Source of the DNA: an uncultured Corynebacterium sp.
GTDB taxonomy: Bacteria; Actinomycetota; Actinomycetes; Mycobacteriales; Mycobacteriaceae
Assembly: GCA_946220775.1 (NCBI GenBank)
Contig: CAMIFC010000001.1
Coordinates: forward strand, 30,260 to 94,259
Reading direction: 5' to 3'
DNA: 64,000 nt
Part shown: positions 1 to 10,731 of the stretch, piece after piece
How positions within the stretch are numbered: position 1 is the first letter of the stretch
Layout: each line of letters begins with the position of its first letter
Position numbers and translations under genes: made by a program
Notes under the pieces: generated by a model
Databases searched by the model: none
Told to the model about the DNA's origin: nothing
What the model saw: only the letters and a program-made list of their open reading frames with translations

Positions 1-1205
1 CCGCTCGAGTCGGCGGCCCGTTGGAGGTTCGCGGCGTGGCCGTGAGTGACCTGACGAAACCTCGCCCAGGAGTCGACGAAAGCCTACTCACCGACGACGC
101 GCTCTCACTCGTTCGCCGAGACGACATCGATCTCGTCATCGAAGTCATCGGCGGCATCGACTACCCGAACCAGGTAGTCACCGCTGCGCTGGAATCCGGC
201 AAGTCCGTGGTGACGGCCAACAAGGCACTGATCGCAGCCCATTTTGATGAGCTATCCGCCGCCGCCGAAAGCACCGGCGCTGACCTGTTCTTTGAGGCGG
301 CAGTAGCCGCCGCGATCCCGGTCGTTGGACCGCTGCTGCGTTCCCTCGCCGGCGACAAGGTCGAATCGATCATGGGCATCGTCAACGGCACGACCAACTT
401 TATCCTCGACGCGATGTACACCCGTGGGGCCAGCTACGATGAGATGCTCCAGGAAGCAACCGACCTTGGTTACGCCGAAGCTGACCCAACCGCCGACGTT
501 GATGGCCTCGATGCTGCATCCAAGGCGGCAATTCTGGCTTCGCTTGGTTTCCACTCGCAGGTGGGTGCCAAGGACGTCCACACCGAGGGCATCCGCAAGA
601 TCACGACGGATGACATTGATGCAGCGAAGGCAGCAGGTTGCACCATCAAGCTGCTGGCCATCTGTGACCGCGTCGAAAGTCAGGACGGAACCCCTGCAGT
701 GTCTGCACGGGTGTACCCGGCTCTCATCCCACTGTCCCACCCGCTGGCGAGCGTCTCCGAGTCCTACAACGCGATTTTCGTTGAGGCAGAATCGGCCGGT
801 CGATTGATGTTCTACGGCAACGGCGCTGGCGGCGCCCCAACTGCTTCTGCAGTCCTGGGTGACGTCGTGTCCGTTGCACGCAACATCATTCACGGTGGTC
901 GCGGCCCACGTCGCTCCACCTACGCGGCTCTGCCAATTGCGGACTTTGGAGATATCTTGACTCGCTTCCACGTCGACATGATCGTTAACGACCGGGCCGG
1001 CGTCCTAGCCGAGATCGCTAACGAGTTCTCTGCTCACGGGGTTTCTCTGAAAACCGTGCGTCAGGAGAACCTCGAGGGCAAGGCACGCCTCGTCGTCATC
1101 ACCCACAGCGCGAAGGAGCGCGACCTCGAAGAAACCGTTCGGGCGCTCAAAAATCTCGATGCTGTTCAGGAAGTTCGTTCCGTGTTGCGAATGGAAGGCA
1201 AGTAA
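1..1205 (+). CDS. hom: homoserine dehydrogenase, 5' partial (gene begins upstream of the window)
   Basis: ORF 21..1205 matches the Hom catalytic and C-terminal ACT regions (VIEVIGG, NKALIA, DPTADVDG); the frame is open to the window start; thrB follows directly, as in the corynebacterial hom-thrB operon. Confidence 0.9.
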   Translation, partial: ARVGGPLEVRGVAVSDLTKPRPGVDESLLTDDALSLVRRDDIDLVIEVIGGIDYPNQVVTAALESGKSVVTANKALIAAHFDELSAAAESTGADLFFEAAVAAAIPVVGPLLRSLAGDKVESIMGIVNGTTNFILDAMYTRGASYDEMLQEATDLGYAEADPTADVDGLDAASKAAILASLGFHSQVGAKDVHTEGIRKITTDDIDAAKAAGCTIKLLAICDRVESQDGTPAVSARVYPALIPLSHPLASVSESYNAIFVEAESAGRLMFYGNGAGGAPTASAVLGDVVSVARNIIHGGRGPRRSTYAALPIADFGDILTRFHVDMIVNDRAGVLAEIANEFSAHGVSLKTVRQENLEGKARLVVITHSAKERDLEETVRALKNLDAVQEVRSVLRMEGK

Positions 1206-1211
1206 TAACTC

Positions 1212-2132
1212 ATGGCCACTGAGATTCCCGTCGGCCGCAGCGTCGCAGTTAAGGTTCCCGGCTCGTCCGCAAACCTTGGCCCCGGCTTCGACACCCTCGG
1301 ACTAGCGCTGAGTATTTACGATCACGTTGAAGTTGAGGTCATCGACTCTGGTTTGATCGTGGAAGTCACCGGCGAAGGCGAAGGCGAAGTGCCGCTGGAT
1401 GAACGCCACCTGGTTGTTCGTGCACTTCGTTCCGGGCTGAAGGAAGCCGACGTTACCGTTCGCGGACTGCGCGTTTCCTGCAACAACTCCATCCCGCAAT
1501 CCCGCGGGCTGGGGTCCTCAGCGGCAGCGGCAGTGTCCGGTGTTGTCGCCGCCAATGCCCTGGCCGGGGGAGTGCTCAGCGAAGAAACAGTGATCCAACT
1601 GGCGTCCGCATTCGAAGGCCACCCGGATAACGCTGCGGCGTCGGTGATGGGCCAGGCCGTCGTCTCGTGGACGAATACCCCGGTCGATGGCACGGCGCCA
1701 CAGTTTCACGCTGCGAAGATCGATGTGCACAAGGACATTCGCGCGACTGCCCTGATTCCGGAGTCCCATGCCTCCACGGAGGCGGTGCGTCGCGTGTTGC
1801 CGAATGAGATCTCGCACTTGGATGCCCGCTTCAACGTCTCGCGTACTGCGGTGATGACTGTCGCGCTCCGGGATAACCCGGAACTGCTGTGGGAAGGCAC
1901 TCGCGACCGCATGCACCAGCCATATCGCGCGGAAGTTCTGCCGATCACCACGGAATGGGTTAACCGGTTGCGCAACCAGGGCTACCCGGCGTTCCTTTCT
2001 GGTGCCGGCCCGACGGTGTTGGTGCTGTCAACGGAGCCGGTGGCCGAGCATTTCCTCCAAGAAGCTCGTGACCGCGACATTCGCGTGGAGGAACTGAGCA
2101 TCGCGGGACCAGCGGAGATCCTGCAACACTAG
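1212..2132 (+). CDS. thrB: homoserine kinase
   Basis: GHMP kinase motif [18 protein letters not shown] at the N-terminus; 306 aa; 6 bp after the hom stop. Confidence 0.9.
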   Translation: MATEIPVGRSVAVKVPGSSANLGPGFDTLGLALSIYDHVEVEVIDSGLIVEVTGEGEGEVPLDERHLVVRALRSGLKEADVTVRGLRVSCNNSIPQSRGLGSSAAAAVSGVVAANALAGGVLSEETVIQLASAFEGHPDNAAASVMGQAVVSWTNTPVDGTAPQFHAAKIDVHKDIRATALIPESHASTEAVRRVLPNEISHLDARFNVSRTAVMTVALRDNPELLWEGTRDRMHQPYRAEVLPITTEWVNRLRNQGYPAFLSGAGPTVLVLSTEPVAEHFLQEARDRDIRVEELSIAGPAEILQH

Positions 2133-3952
2133 TTCCGCTTCGGGGCGCCAGCATCTGGTGCCCCGCTTGCGTCAGTTCCGATTTCTTCAGCAGTGTCTTC
2201 CGGACCTAGCTCTTCCTCAGGCAGAGTAATGATCTGCAACTGACCTTTCCGGAAGAGCTTGCGAAGCTCCTTCTTATCGAACTTTTCCACACTTGTGCGT
2301 TGGATAGAGTTCACAAACGTCCAGTTCTCTGGCGCCATCCAGCGGGGCACGTTGGAGAGAAGCGAATCGTGCAGCTCCTGTGCGGTTTCTGCGCCCGGTT
2401 CGAACCCCTCGCTCAACACCACGATGGCCAGCGGGCGCTGCCCCCATTTTTCGTCTGGAATGCCGATGACCGACGCCTCGTTGACGCCCGGCCGGTCCAT
2501 CAAATAGTTCTCCAATGCAGCAGAGTAAATCCACTCGCCACCAGAGCGGATCAAATCCGACTGGCGGTCGTGGATCGTCAAGAAGCCATCTTTGGTGACC
2601 GTGCCGATGTCCCCAGTGCGCAGCCACCCATCGACCGTAAAGCGATCATCGCCATCGTCAACCGCATGCCCGCGGAACACACTGGCCGTTCCGTCCTGCT
2701 GTTCGGTGGGGGAATGGTAGTAGCTACCGGTGACGGTATTTCCGCGAACCTGCAGCTCACCGGCATTGCGGTCGTGGTTATCGAGCACCTGGCCAGCATC
2801 ATTGACCACCCGGTATTCTAGACCAATGGGGAAGCGGCCCTGGGAGTAGCGGTAGCGTGCCCGGGCAGGGCCGGATACGCCGGCCGGAGGGTGGGCGACG
2901 GTTCCGATCGGTGAGGTTTCTGTCATTCCCCACACATGGATCATGTCCACACCGAAGCGTTCCTCCCAGGCGTCGATCAGCGCAGGTGGAACTTGGGAAC
3001 CACCAGAGTAGATCTCCTGCAAGCTCATTCGCCGTGGTGGATGGGCCTCGTAGTGGAGCAACAGGCTCATCCATACTGATGAAGCGCCGTGAGCCTGTCG
3101 GGGCATCGCGTCCTCAATGACGTGCGCGAGGTGCTCGGGCTCTGCATTGCTGCCGGTGAACACCAGCGAGGCGCCCGTCATGAACGCCGCCAGCGGAACG
3201 CCCCAGCTCAGAACGTGATAAATAGGCACGCAGCACAAGAAGACCGTGCCGTTTCGAACACCAAAACTGTCGGCAGCTCGCAGTCCCATGGAGTGGATCC
3301 ATAAGGACCGATGTGAATAAGCCACGCCCTTGGGGGCACCTTCCGTACCCGTGGAGTAGCACAGCGCGGCGGGAGCTGTTTCCGGAAGTGACGGCCAGGG
3401 GTAGTTTGTCGGCCAGCCGTCGAGGAATGCCTCGTATCCTTCGACCCGGACTTCGCGTCGTGGGGTGGCGTCCTGAAAAAGAAGGGTGGCGGAATCGCGC
3501 GCGCGGGAGATGGCGGACATTTCTGTGCTGGTGATGAGGATGGCCTCGATTGCGGGGCAATGTGGCAACAGGTCGAGGATGCGGTCGATGGATTCGGCGT
3601 CGCAGACAATGACTTTGTCTTCGGAGTGGTTGATTACGTGGATCAATTGATCGTCAGCTAACTGCCGATTGAGTGGCTGGAAAACCGTACCCATGGCAGC
3701 CACACCCAGGAAAATCTCGAGGTGTTCGGTGGTGTTCGTCAGCAGTGTCCCAACACGGTCGCCGATGCCGATGTTAAATTCGCGGGACAGCCCGTGGGCG
3801 AGAGCCGCAGCGCGGGAACCGATGTCCTTAAATGTGGTGACCTCAGGTTCTGCTCCCATGTAGGTTGTCACTGTGGAGTTGCGGTGGGCATTCGCGCCGT
3901 ATTCCACGATGTGCGATACCGAAAACGGGAGTTCCTGCATCGTTGATTCCAT
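2129..3952 (-). CDS. AMP-dependent acyl-CoA synthetase/ligase (FadD-like)
   Basis: AMP-binding family features ([11 protein letters not shown]-like box, WGMTET, GWLRTGD); the start was moved to the [13 protein letters not shown] at 3952, so the N-terminal 41 aa of the ORF-track translation are probably not translated; the stop overlaps the thrB stop in a shared CTAG. Confidence 0.8.
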   Translation of the reverse strand: MESTMQELPFSVSHIVEYGANAHRNSTVTTYMGAEPEVTTFKDIGSRAAALAHGLSREFNIGIGDRVGTLLTNTTEHLEIFLGVAAMGTVFQPLNRQLADDQLIHVINHSEDKVIVCDAESIDRILDLLPHCPAIEAILITSTEMSAISRARDSATLLFQDATPRREVRVEGYEAFLDGWPTNYPWPSLPETAPAALCYSTGTEGAPKGVAYSHRSLWIHSMGLRAADSFGVRNGTVFLCCVPIYHVLSWGVPLAAFMTGASLVFTGSNAEPEHLAHVIEDAMPRQAHGASSVWMSLLLHYEAHPPRRMSLQEIYSGGSQVPPALIDAWEERFGVDMIHVWGMTETSPIGTVAHPPAGVSGPARARYRYSQGRFPIGLEYRVVNDAGQVLDNHDRNAGELQVRGNTVTGSYYHSPTEQQDGTASVFRGHAVDDGDDRFTVDGWLRTGDIGTVTKDGFLTIHDRQSDLIRSGGEWIYSAALENYLMDRPGVNEASVIGIPDEKWGQRPLAIVVLSEGFEPGAETAQELHDSLLSNVPRWMAPENWTFVNSIQRTSVEKFDKKELRKLFRKGQLQIITLPEEELGPEDTAEEIGTDASGAPDAGAPKRN

Positions 3953-4134
3953 AGGGCTAACCCTACCGCGCTGCCTGGGGCGTACTAGGGGTATCTGCTG
4001 CGTGTGTGCGAAACAATTGTGAGTGCTAAGCTTAATCCGACTTCGTTGGCACGTGCTCGAGTTGACCGTCGCCAATCATGATCGATTGTTTCAAAGCGAA
4101 GTAGTTTGTTCGTGGCGCCATTTCTTCTTTTTTA

Positions 4135-4152
4135 TTTTTTGACGCCACCGCG
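4135..4152 (+). repeat. degenerate copy of the TTTTT-GGACGCCAA motif (TTTTTTGACGCCACCGCG) in the fadD/rho divergent region
   Basis: Direct match to the family core GACGCCA preceded by a T-run; flanked by inverted GTGGCGCC / GACGCCAC. Confidence 0.4.
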
Positions 4153-4320
4153 TCGCACCCTTGGATATGATCCACGGTCGATGCACGTCAACGATGCGCC
4201 CCGCAACCGGGATGGTGTAGCGCGGGTGTCGTCTTCACAATATTTGTCAATATCGCCCAGCTTTAGAGGCGAATCCTTGGGTTGGCTTCGGGACCGCTGT
4301 GGCACACGGAAAGGACTCAC

Positions 4321-6129
4321 GTGAGCTTGTCCGAAATTTTGACGCGGGCTGAGACACAAGGCCTGGCGTCATTGAGGCTGGTGGAGCTGCGACAAATCGC
4401 GGCGGCTCAGGGCCTCCGGGGAACGTCTGGATTCCGCAAGGGGGAACTTGTTAACGCGATCGAAGAGGCGGGGAGGGGCGGTAAAGCATCGACATCGCGG
4501 CAGGAACCTCGAGCCGAGCGGCCGAAGGAAAAACAGCAGCCAGACGCAGCGCCAACGACCAGCGAACAGGCGAAAGATGAGGGGGCACGCAACGTGACCA
4601 CCAAGGAAAAGGAAGGCTCCCAGCAGGATTCTTCAGAACAAAGCTCTGGAGAACAGGGCGAAGAACGCCAGGGGCAGCGTGATCGCCAGGATCACAATGA
4701 CCGCCACGAACACAACGATCGTCACGAGCACCGGGAAGGTCGCCGCAACCGGCGCAACCGCCGAAGCCGACGCAATCGCCGTGGCCATGATCGCAACCAG
4801 GATCGGAACCAGGACCGCCATGGCGACCGCGAGGATCGCGGGCATGGGCGAGACCGGGATGGTCGACGTCGCAATCGCCAGGACAATCGCTCGGGCGGCA
4901 ACGGCCAGCAGCATAGCGATGGCAACAATGACGGTGAGAACAACGCAAAGCAGGAGCCACAGCAGACTCCCGTGGCCGGAATTCTCGACTTCGCAGACGC
5001 CAACACCGCGTTCATCCGCACCACCGGCTATCACGCGGGGTCGACGGACATTTACGTCCCAATCAACATGGTGCGAAAGAACGGCATGCGCCACGGTGAT
5101 GCTGTCACGGGCATGATTCGCCCGAACCGGAACCAGTCCGGCGGGGGAGGCCGGGGACGTCACCGGCAGAAGTACACTCCGCTGCATTCTGTGGACACCG
5201 TCAACGGGCTCAGCCCCGAGCAGGCTGCGGCTCGCCCGGATTTCTCGAAGCTCACGCCGCTGTACCCAAATCAGCGCCTGCGTCTAGAGACCACGCCGAA
5301 GGTCCTCACCACGCGCGTGATCGACCTGATCATGCCGATCGGTAAGGGGCAGCGCGCGCTGATCGTCTCGCCACCAAAGGCTGGTAAGACCACCATTCTG
5401 CAGGACATCGCCAACGCGATCTCCACCAATAACCCAGAGTGCTACCTGATGGTCGTGCTGGTGGACGAACGCCCCGAGGAAGTTACGGACATGCAGCGCA
5501 GCGTCAAGGGTGAGGTTATTGCCTCAACCTTCGATCGTCCGCCATCAGAGCACACCGCCGTCGCCGAGCTCGCTGTGGAGCGGGCAAAGCGCCTGGTGGA
5601 GCAGGGCAAGGACGTCGTCCTGTTGCTGGACTCGATCACCCGTCTGGGGCGTGCCTACAACAACTCGTCTCCAGCGTCGGGGCGCATCCTTTCCGGTGGT
5701 GTGGATTCGAATGCGCTGTACCCACCGAAGCGATTCCTCGGCGCTGCGCGAAACATCGAGCACGGCGGTAGCTTGACCATTATCGCCACCGCCATGGTGG
5801 AGACCGGTTCTGCCGGCGATACCGTGATCTTCGAGGAATTCAAGGGAACCGGTAACGCGGAGCTGAAGCTGGATCGAAAGATCGCGGAGCGGCGCGTGTT
5901 CCCCGCAGTGGACGTCAACCCTTCGGGCACCCGAAAGGACGAACTGCTACTGGGACCAGACGAAGCCCGCATCATGCACAAGCTTCGCCGTATTCTTTCC
6001 GCACTTGACCCACAGGCAGCAATTGATCTGCTGATCAAGCAGCTGAAGAAGAGTAAGACGAACCGCGAATTCATGATTCAAATCGCAAGCTCGGCTCCGC
6101 TGGCCGGCGAGGATGAGGACGACGATTAG
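4321..6129 (+). CDS. rho: transcription termination factor Rho with an Arg/Asp/Asn-rich N-terminal insertion domain
   Basis: The C-terminal RecA-like ATPase is intact (PKAGKTTILQ Walker A, DSITRLGRAYN); a GTG at 4321 is preceded by GGAAAGGA; the low-complexity insertion spans about 4660-4960. Confidence 0.9.
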   Translation: MSLSEILTRAETQGLASLRLVELRQIAAAQGLRGTSGFRKGELVNAIEEAGRGGKASTSRQEPRAERPKEKQQPDAAPTTSEQAKDEGARNVTTKEKEGSQQDSSEQSSGEQGEERQGQRDRQDHNDRHEHNDRHEHREGRRNRRNRRSRRNRRGHDRNQDRNQDRHGDREDRGHGRDRDGRRRNRQDNRSGGNGQQHSDGNNDGENNAKQEPQQTPVAGILDFADANTAFIRTTGYHAGSTDIYVPINMVRKNGMRHGDAVTGMIRPNRNQSGGGGRGRHRQKYTPLHSVDTVNGLSPEQAAARPDFSKLTPLYPNQRLRLETTPKVLTTRVIDLIMPIGKGQRALIVSPPKAGKTTILQDIANAISTNNPECYLMVVLVDERPEEVTDMQRSVKGEVIASTFDRPPSEHTAVAELAVERAKRLVEQGKDVVLLLDSITRLGRAYNNSSPASGRILSGGVDSNALYPPKRFLGAARNIEHGGSLTIIATAMVETGSAGDTVIFEEFKGTGNAELKLDRKIAERRVFPAVDVNPSGTRKDELLLGPDEARIMHKLRRILSALDPQAAIDLLIKQLKKSKTNREFMIQIASSAPLAGEDEDDD

Positions 6130-6181
6130 CGAAGCACCTCGTCCATAATCGTCTTTTTAATCAGTAGGGAGAACAGCACAC

Positions 6182-7291
6182 ATGTCTAAGGCAGCAGACT
6201 CGACCCCGAGCGCGGCCACCCACACCCCATCGGTTGTGGATGACATCCTGGCGGAATACCAGGGACTCGAAGCACAACTCGCAGACCCAGAACTGCATAA
6301 CGACCAAAAGGCTGCCCGCCGGGTCGGCAAACGGTTCCAGGAATTGCAACCAATCATTCAAACCCACAACGCGCTGATTCAGGCGCGCGAAGACCACGAA
6401 GCCGCCGAAGAGATGGCCTCCGAAGACGCCGAATTTGCTGAAGAAGCAAAGCGCCTGGCCGTCGAGATCGAAGAGCTGGAAGAAAAGCTCACCGACCTGC
6501 TCGCACCTCGTGACCCCAATGATGGTGATGACATCATCATGGAGATCAAGTCGGGCGCTGGCGGCGAAGAAGCCGCGTTATTTGCTGGCGAGCTAGCTCG
6601 CATGTACCAGCGCTATGCCGAGCGCCACGGTTTCACCACCGAGATCCTCGGTTTAAACGAGACCGACCTGGGTGGCGTCAAGGATATGACCATGTCGATC
6701 CGTTCCAAGAACCCATCTCGCGATGGCGCCTGGGCGGACTTCAAGTTCGAGGGCGGCGTTCACCGCGTGCAGCGTGTTCCCGTCACCGAATCTCAGGGTC
6801 GCATCCAGACCTCCGCCGCCGGCGTGCTGGTTTACCCAGAGCCCGATGAGATCGAAGATGTCCAGATCGACGATAAGGACATCCGTGTGGACGTCTACCG
6901 TTCTTCGGGTAAGGGCGGCCAGGGCGTGAACACCACGGACTCCGCTGTTCGCATCACGCACCTGCCCACCGGCGTGGTCGTCACCTGTCAGAAGGAACGT
7001 TCGCAGATCCAGAACCGCGCCCGCGCAATGCAGGTGTTGGCGGCTCGTCTGCAGCAAATGAAGGAAGAAGAAGCCGAGGCCGAGGCAGCCGAGGGACGTG
7101 CAGCACAAATCCGGACGATGGACCGCTCGGAGCGCATCCGTACCTACAACTTCCCAGAATCTCGGGTGTCGGATCACCGCATCGGCTACAAGGCTAACAA
7201 CCTGGATTCGGTGCTGTCTGGTGACCTGGAATCCCTGTTCGGCGCGTTGAAGGAAGCCGAGCGCATCGAACGACTCGAGGCCGACCACTAG
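6182..7291 (+). CDS. prfA: peptide chain release factor 1
   Basis: GGQ motif ([23 protein letters not shown]) and the RF1-type PxT region; GGGAGA RBS upstream. Confidence 0.95.
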   Translation: MSKAADSTPSAATHTPSVVDDILAEYQGLEAQLADPELHNDQKAARRVGKRFQELQPIIQTHNALIQAREDHEAAEEMASEDAEFAEEAKRLAVEIEELEEKLTDLLAPRDPNDGDDIIMEIKSGAGGEEAALFAGELARMYQRYAERHGFTTEILGLNETDLGGVKDMTMSIRSKNPSRDGAWADFKFEGGVHRVQRVPVTESQGRIQTSAAGVLVYPEPDEIEDVQIDDKDIRVDVYRSSGKGGQGVNTTDSAVRITHLPTGVVVTCQKERSQIQNRARAMQVLAARLQQMKEEEAEAEAAEGRAAQIRTMDRSERIRTYNFPESRVSDHRIGYKANNLDSVLSGDLESLFGALKEAERIERLEADH

Positions 7292-8349
7292 TGCCGGACG
7301 TCACCGTCGCCAGCGCCATCCGCGCTGCAGCGGCCGCGTTTGCGCAGGCCGGCGTCGCCAGTCCCATGAATGACGCCAGACTGCTCATGTCCTACGCCCT
7401 GAACTCACCGGAAGGTGGCGACAACGACGAAGTGCCACGAGCAGCCAGTTTCAGCGACGTGTTTCTGGCCGGTGACGAGCCATCCCCGAACATCTACGAT
7501 GACTGGGCGCGACGACGCGCCTACCGGGAACCCCTGCAGCACATCGTCGGAGCGACAAACTTCTTCGGCTACGACTTTCACTGTGCGCCGGGCGCATTCA
7601 TTCCGCGGCCAGAGACCGAATTGCTCGTTGAATGGGCACTCCAACAGACCATTCAAGATATCGAGCTCACGGACTCTTCAGAGCTCACTCGCGGTCTGCA
7701 CCCCGGAACGATCACCATCGTGGATCTCTGCTCGGGGCCAGGAACGATCGGACTGAGTGTTGCGGCCGGGCTGGCGTCCTACCTGAAGAACCGACGGGAA
7801 CAACCTGGACAATCTGACGCGGTGGCGTGGCTGCGGACGGTGCGGATTATTGGCGTGGAGATCGACGAGGTGGCGGTCGAGCTGGCGGAACGCAATGCCG
7901 CACAGTTCCGGCGTGATGGTCTGCTGGGCAGCGACGTGGAAATCAGCTTTATCCGCGGTGATGTACGGGACGACAAACTATTGCCGCGGCACGGCCTGGT
8001 TGCTGAGGCGCAGTATGTCCTCGCTAATCCGCCGTATGTCCCCGACGATGGGGAAGTGGATCGGGAAACGATCGCGGACCCCGCGCACGCCGTGTTTTCT
8101 GGTACCGATGGCATGGAACTGATGCCGCATGTGATTCGGCAAGCGGCGTTGGCGGCAGCACCGCATGCAAGAATCGCAGTGGAACACGACGACGCCACCG
8201 GCCCGCACACCTGCGCAGAACTCAGTGCTTTGGGGCCGGACCAAGTGCTGCAAGGCAGCATTGAACAGCACCAAGACCTCGCAGGCCGCGACCGGTTCGT
8301 CACGGGAACGATTCAACGTGACCCCGGGTTTGTGCCGCAGCGACCGTAG
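7291..8349 (+). CDS. prmC: release factor glutamine N5-methyltransferase (PrmC/HemK)
   Basis: NPPY motif (VLANPPYVPDD) and a SAM-binding DLCSGPGTIG; the GTG start overlaps the prfA stop (TAGTG). Confidence 0.88.
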   Translation: MPDVTVASAIRAAAAAFAQAGVASPMNDARLLMSYALNSPEGGDNDEVPRAASFSDVFLAGDEPSPNIYDDWARRRAYREPLQHIVGATNFFGYDFHCAPGAFIPRPETELLVEWALQQTIQDIELTDSSELTRGLHPGTITIVDLCSGPGTIGLSVAAGLASYLKNRREQPGQSDAVAWLRTVRIIGVEIDEVAVELAERNAAQFRRDGLLGSDVEISFIRGDVRDDKLLPRHGLVAEAQYVLANPPYVPDDGEVDRETIADPAHAVFSGTDGMELMPHVIRQAALAAAPHARIAVEHDDATGPHTCAELSALGPDQVLQGSIEQHQDLAGRDRFVTGTIQRDPGFVPQRP

Positions 8350-8403
8350 CTAAACTGTACTGATAGAAAACCTTTGAAATTCTAGGGAGCGAAAGCAAAG
8401 CCA

Positions 8404-9057
8404 ATGGCGCAGCGAGTAGACGCGAAGAATCCAGCTGACCGCGAAGCGGCCATCGACACAGCGGCCAACGCGGTAAAAGGCGGTCGCTTGGTGGTGTTGC
8501 CGACGGACACTCTGTACGGCATCGGTTGCGACGCCTTCGACAACGCAGCGGTTGAAAGCTTGCTGCGTGCCAAGCACCGGGGACCCGATATGCCGGTGCC
8601 TGTGCTCGTCGGGTCATGGGACACGATTGAAGGCTTGGTCTCACAATTCAGCGCACACATGCGCAAGCTGGTGGAAGCGTTCTGGCCGGGCGGACTTTCT
8701 CTTGTTGTGCCACAGGCGCCGAGCCTTCCCTGGAACTTGGGGGACACACGAGGCACGGTGATGCTCCGCATGCCGAACCATCCGGTGGCCATTGAACTCC
8801 TGCAACGTACCGGCCCCATGGCGGTATCCAGCGCGAACGTGTCCGGTCAGCCACCAGCAACCACTGCCCAAATGGCAGAAGACCAGCTGGGCAATGATGT
8901 CGCGGTCTACCTCGATGGGGGAGAAGCGACGATCGGTGAGCCCTCGACCATCATCGACCTGTCGACTCATCGCCCACGAATTCTGCGCGAAGGCGCGATT
9001 TCCGCAGAACAGTTGGGCGAAGTGCTGCAAATGAGCGCGACTGAACTGCGGTCATGA
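8404..9057 (+). CDS. tsaC: L-threonylcarbamoyladenylate synthase (YrdC/TsaC type, short form)
   Basis: YrdC domain signature VVLPTDTLYGIGCDAF; same position as Sua5 (Rv1301) in the mycobacterial rho-prfA-hemK block. Confidence 0.8.
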   Translation: MAQRVDAKNPADREAAIDTAANAVKGGRLVVLPTDTLYGIGCDAFDNAAVESLLRAKHRGPDMPVPVLVGSWDTIEGLVSQFSAHMRKLVEAFWPGGLSLVVPQAPSLPWNLGDTRGTVMLRMPNHPVAIELLQRTGPMAVSSANVSGQPPATTAQMAEDQLGNDVAVYLDGGEATIGEPSTIIDLSTHRPRILREGAISAEQLGEVLQMSATELRS

Positions 9058-10262
9058 TGCTGATCGCACAGGATTCCGCCATGAGTATTGGGGCGGGCGT
9101 GCCGTTGCGCGAACTCGCTCTAGTGCTGCTGGTCGGCTGTGCGATGACCTTCCTCATCACCGGGTCGATTCGCTACTTGATGCTGCGCTATGGCAACCTC
9201 GCGGCCCCGCGCGAACGTGACGTGCACACTGTTCCGACTCCTCGCTTGGGTGGCGTGGCGATGTTCGCGGGTGTGGTGCTCGCGATAGTTACTGCTGCTC
9301 AATTGCCGGCGCTGAACCGCGGATTCCCGCCGGTGACTCCGGATATGACCGCCGTGCTGGCAGCGGCTTTTGTGATCGTGGTCGTCGGAGTGTTGGACGA
9401 CCTTTATGACATCGCCTGGTGGGCCAAGCTCGGTGGCCAGGTGTTGGGTGGCATTTTCATGTCGGTGTTGGGTCTGAGCTGGTACTTGTTTTTCTGGCCG
9501 GTCGGGGAAGGGACCACGTTGATCCTCGGCCAGGTCCAATCGACGATCGTCACGGTGCTGCTGACCGTCACCATCATTAATGCGATGAACTTCGTTGACG
9601 GACTGGACGGCTTGGCCGCAGGACTGGGCCTGATTGCGGCTACCACGATCCTGATTTACTCCATGACGATCCTGCACGATCAAGGTGGAGCGGTCTCTGC
9701 GTACCCGCCAGCCATCATTAGTGCTGTGCTGGCTGGAGTTTGTGCTGGGTTCTTGCCCCACAATTTCTCACCCGCGAGGATTTTTATGGGTGATTCGGGC
9801 TCGATGCTGATTGGTACGTTGCTAGCGGCTGCGTGTGTGTCGGCTTCCGGCCGAATCAACCTTTCGCTGTATGGCGTTGCCGATATGTTTGCGTTGCTAT
9901 CCCCGGTGGTTGTGGCTCTCGCTGCACTGTTCATCCCACTGCTGGACTTGGTCATGGCTGTGATTAGGCGAGTCAGCGCTGGAAAGAGCCCATTTTCTCC
10001 CGATCGGAAGCATCTGCACCACCGCTTGCTGAGCTTGGGTCATAGCCAGAAGAAGGTTGTGTTGGTGCTCTACATCTGGGTGGGTGTGGCAGCTTTTGGT
10101 GCGGTGGGAGCGACGGTTCTGCCATTGGGGCTGACTGCCATCGTGTTTGGGGTGTTGCTGATTATTGCTGTGATCGCGACCGTGATTCCCCTTTGGCAAA
10201 CGGTCCGCAAAGCAGAGGCGTCGAGCTCCGCTGATAGTGCAATTCAACCTACAGAAAGCTAA
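9054..10262 (+). CDS. wecA: undecaprenyl-phosphate GlcNAc-1-phosphate transferase (MraY/WecA glycosyltransferase family 4)
   Basis: Polytopic membrane protein with the conserved GDSGS and VDGLDGLAAG motifs; syntenic with mycobacterial rfe (Rv1302). Confidence 0.85.
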   Translation: MMLIAQDSAMSIGAGVPLRELALVLLVGCAMTFLITGSIRYLMLRYGNLAAPRERDVHTVPTPRLGGVAMFAGVVLAIVTAAQLPALNRGFPPVTPDMTAVLAAAFVIVVVGVLDDLYDIAWWAKLGGQVLGGIFMSVLGLSWYLFFWPVGEGTTLILGQVQSTIVTVLLTVTIINAMNFVDGLDGLAAGLGLIAATTILIYSMTILHDQGGAVSAYPPAIISAVLAGVCAGFLPHNFSPARIFMGDSGSMLIGTLLAAACVSASGRINLSLYGVADMFALLSPVVVALAALFIPLLDLVMAVIRRVSAGKSPFSPDRKHLHHRLLSLGHSQKKVVLVLYIWVGVAAFGAVGATVLPLGLTAIVFGVLLIIAVIATVIPLWQTVRKAEASSSADSAIQPTES

Positions 10263-10272
10263 GGTAACCTGC

Positions 10273-10731
10273 GTGACTAACCAAGATTCTTCCCCTGAAC
10301 TTCCACCCGTCGAAGACGATCCTGGCATCGGGGATTCGCGACGCCCATTGCTTCGGGCCGCTCGTGGCGGTGCCATCGCGCTTGCGGTGATCACCGTCTT
10401 GTCGTTGGCTCTGTGGGGTGCGGTTCGCGATCTTTCGGGGCTTTATGGGGCGCTGATTGGCGCTGCAATCGGTGGTGGCTTCATGCTCGTCACCGTGTTC
10501 ATCGTGCTGGCGAGTGCGAAAACGAGTCCGCAGATGACGATGGGGCTTATTTTAGGTTCGTGGGTGGCCAAGGCTGCGATTCTATTGGTCGTGTTGTTGG
10601 CCCTTAAGGACAAGACCTTCTATGACGCCACCGCGCTCGGGGTGACAGTGATTCTGGTCCTGGTAGCCATTTTGGCGACAGAAACCCTTGCTGTAACTCG
10701 TACCAACTTGATGTACATTCCCGAGAAATAA
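10273..10731 (+). CDS. small hydrophobic membrane protein immediately upstream of the atp operon (AtpI/Rv1303-like)
   Basis: About 150 aa with 3-4 predicted transmembrane segments; conserved position before atpB; start taken at a GTG (VTNQDSSP), RBS weak. Confidence 0.6.
   Translation: MTNQDSSPELPPVEDDPGIGDSRRPLLRAARGGAIALAVITVLSLALWGAVRDLSGLYGALIGAAIGGGFMLVTVFIVLASAKTSPQMTMGLILGSWVAKAAILLVVLLALKDKTFYDATALGVTVILVLVAILATETLAVTRTNLMYIPEK

Noticed and set aside
4282-4320. Upstream extension of rho (ORF-track start at 4282)
   Set aside because: The GTG at 4321 has a good RBS and matches the usual Rho N-terminus. The 13 extra codons lack a ribosome-binding site.
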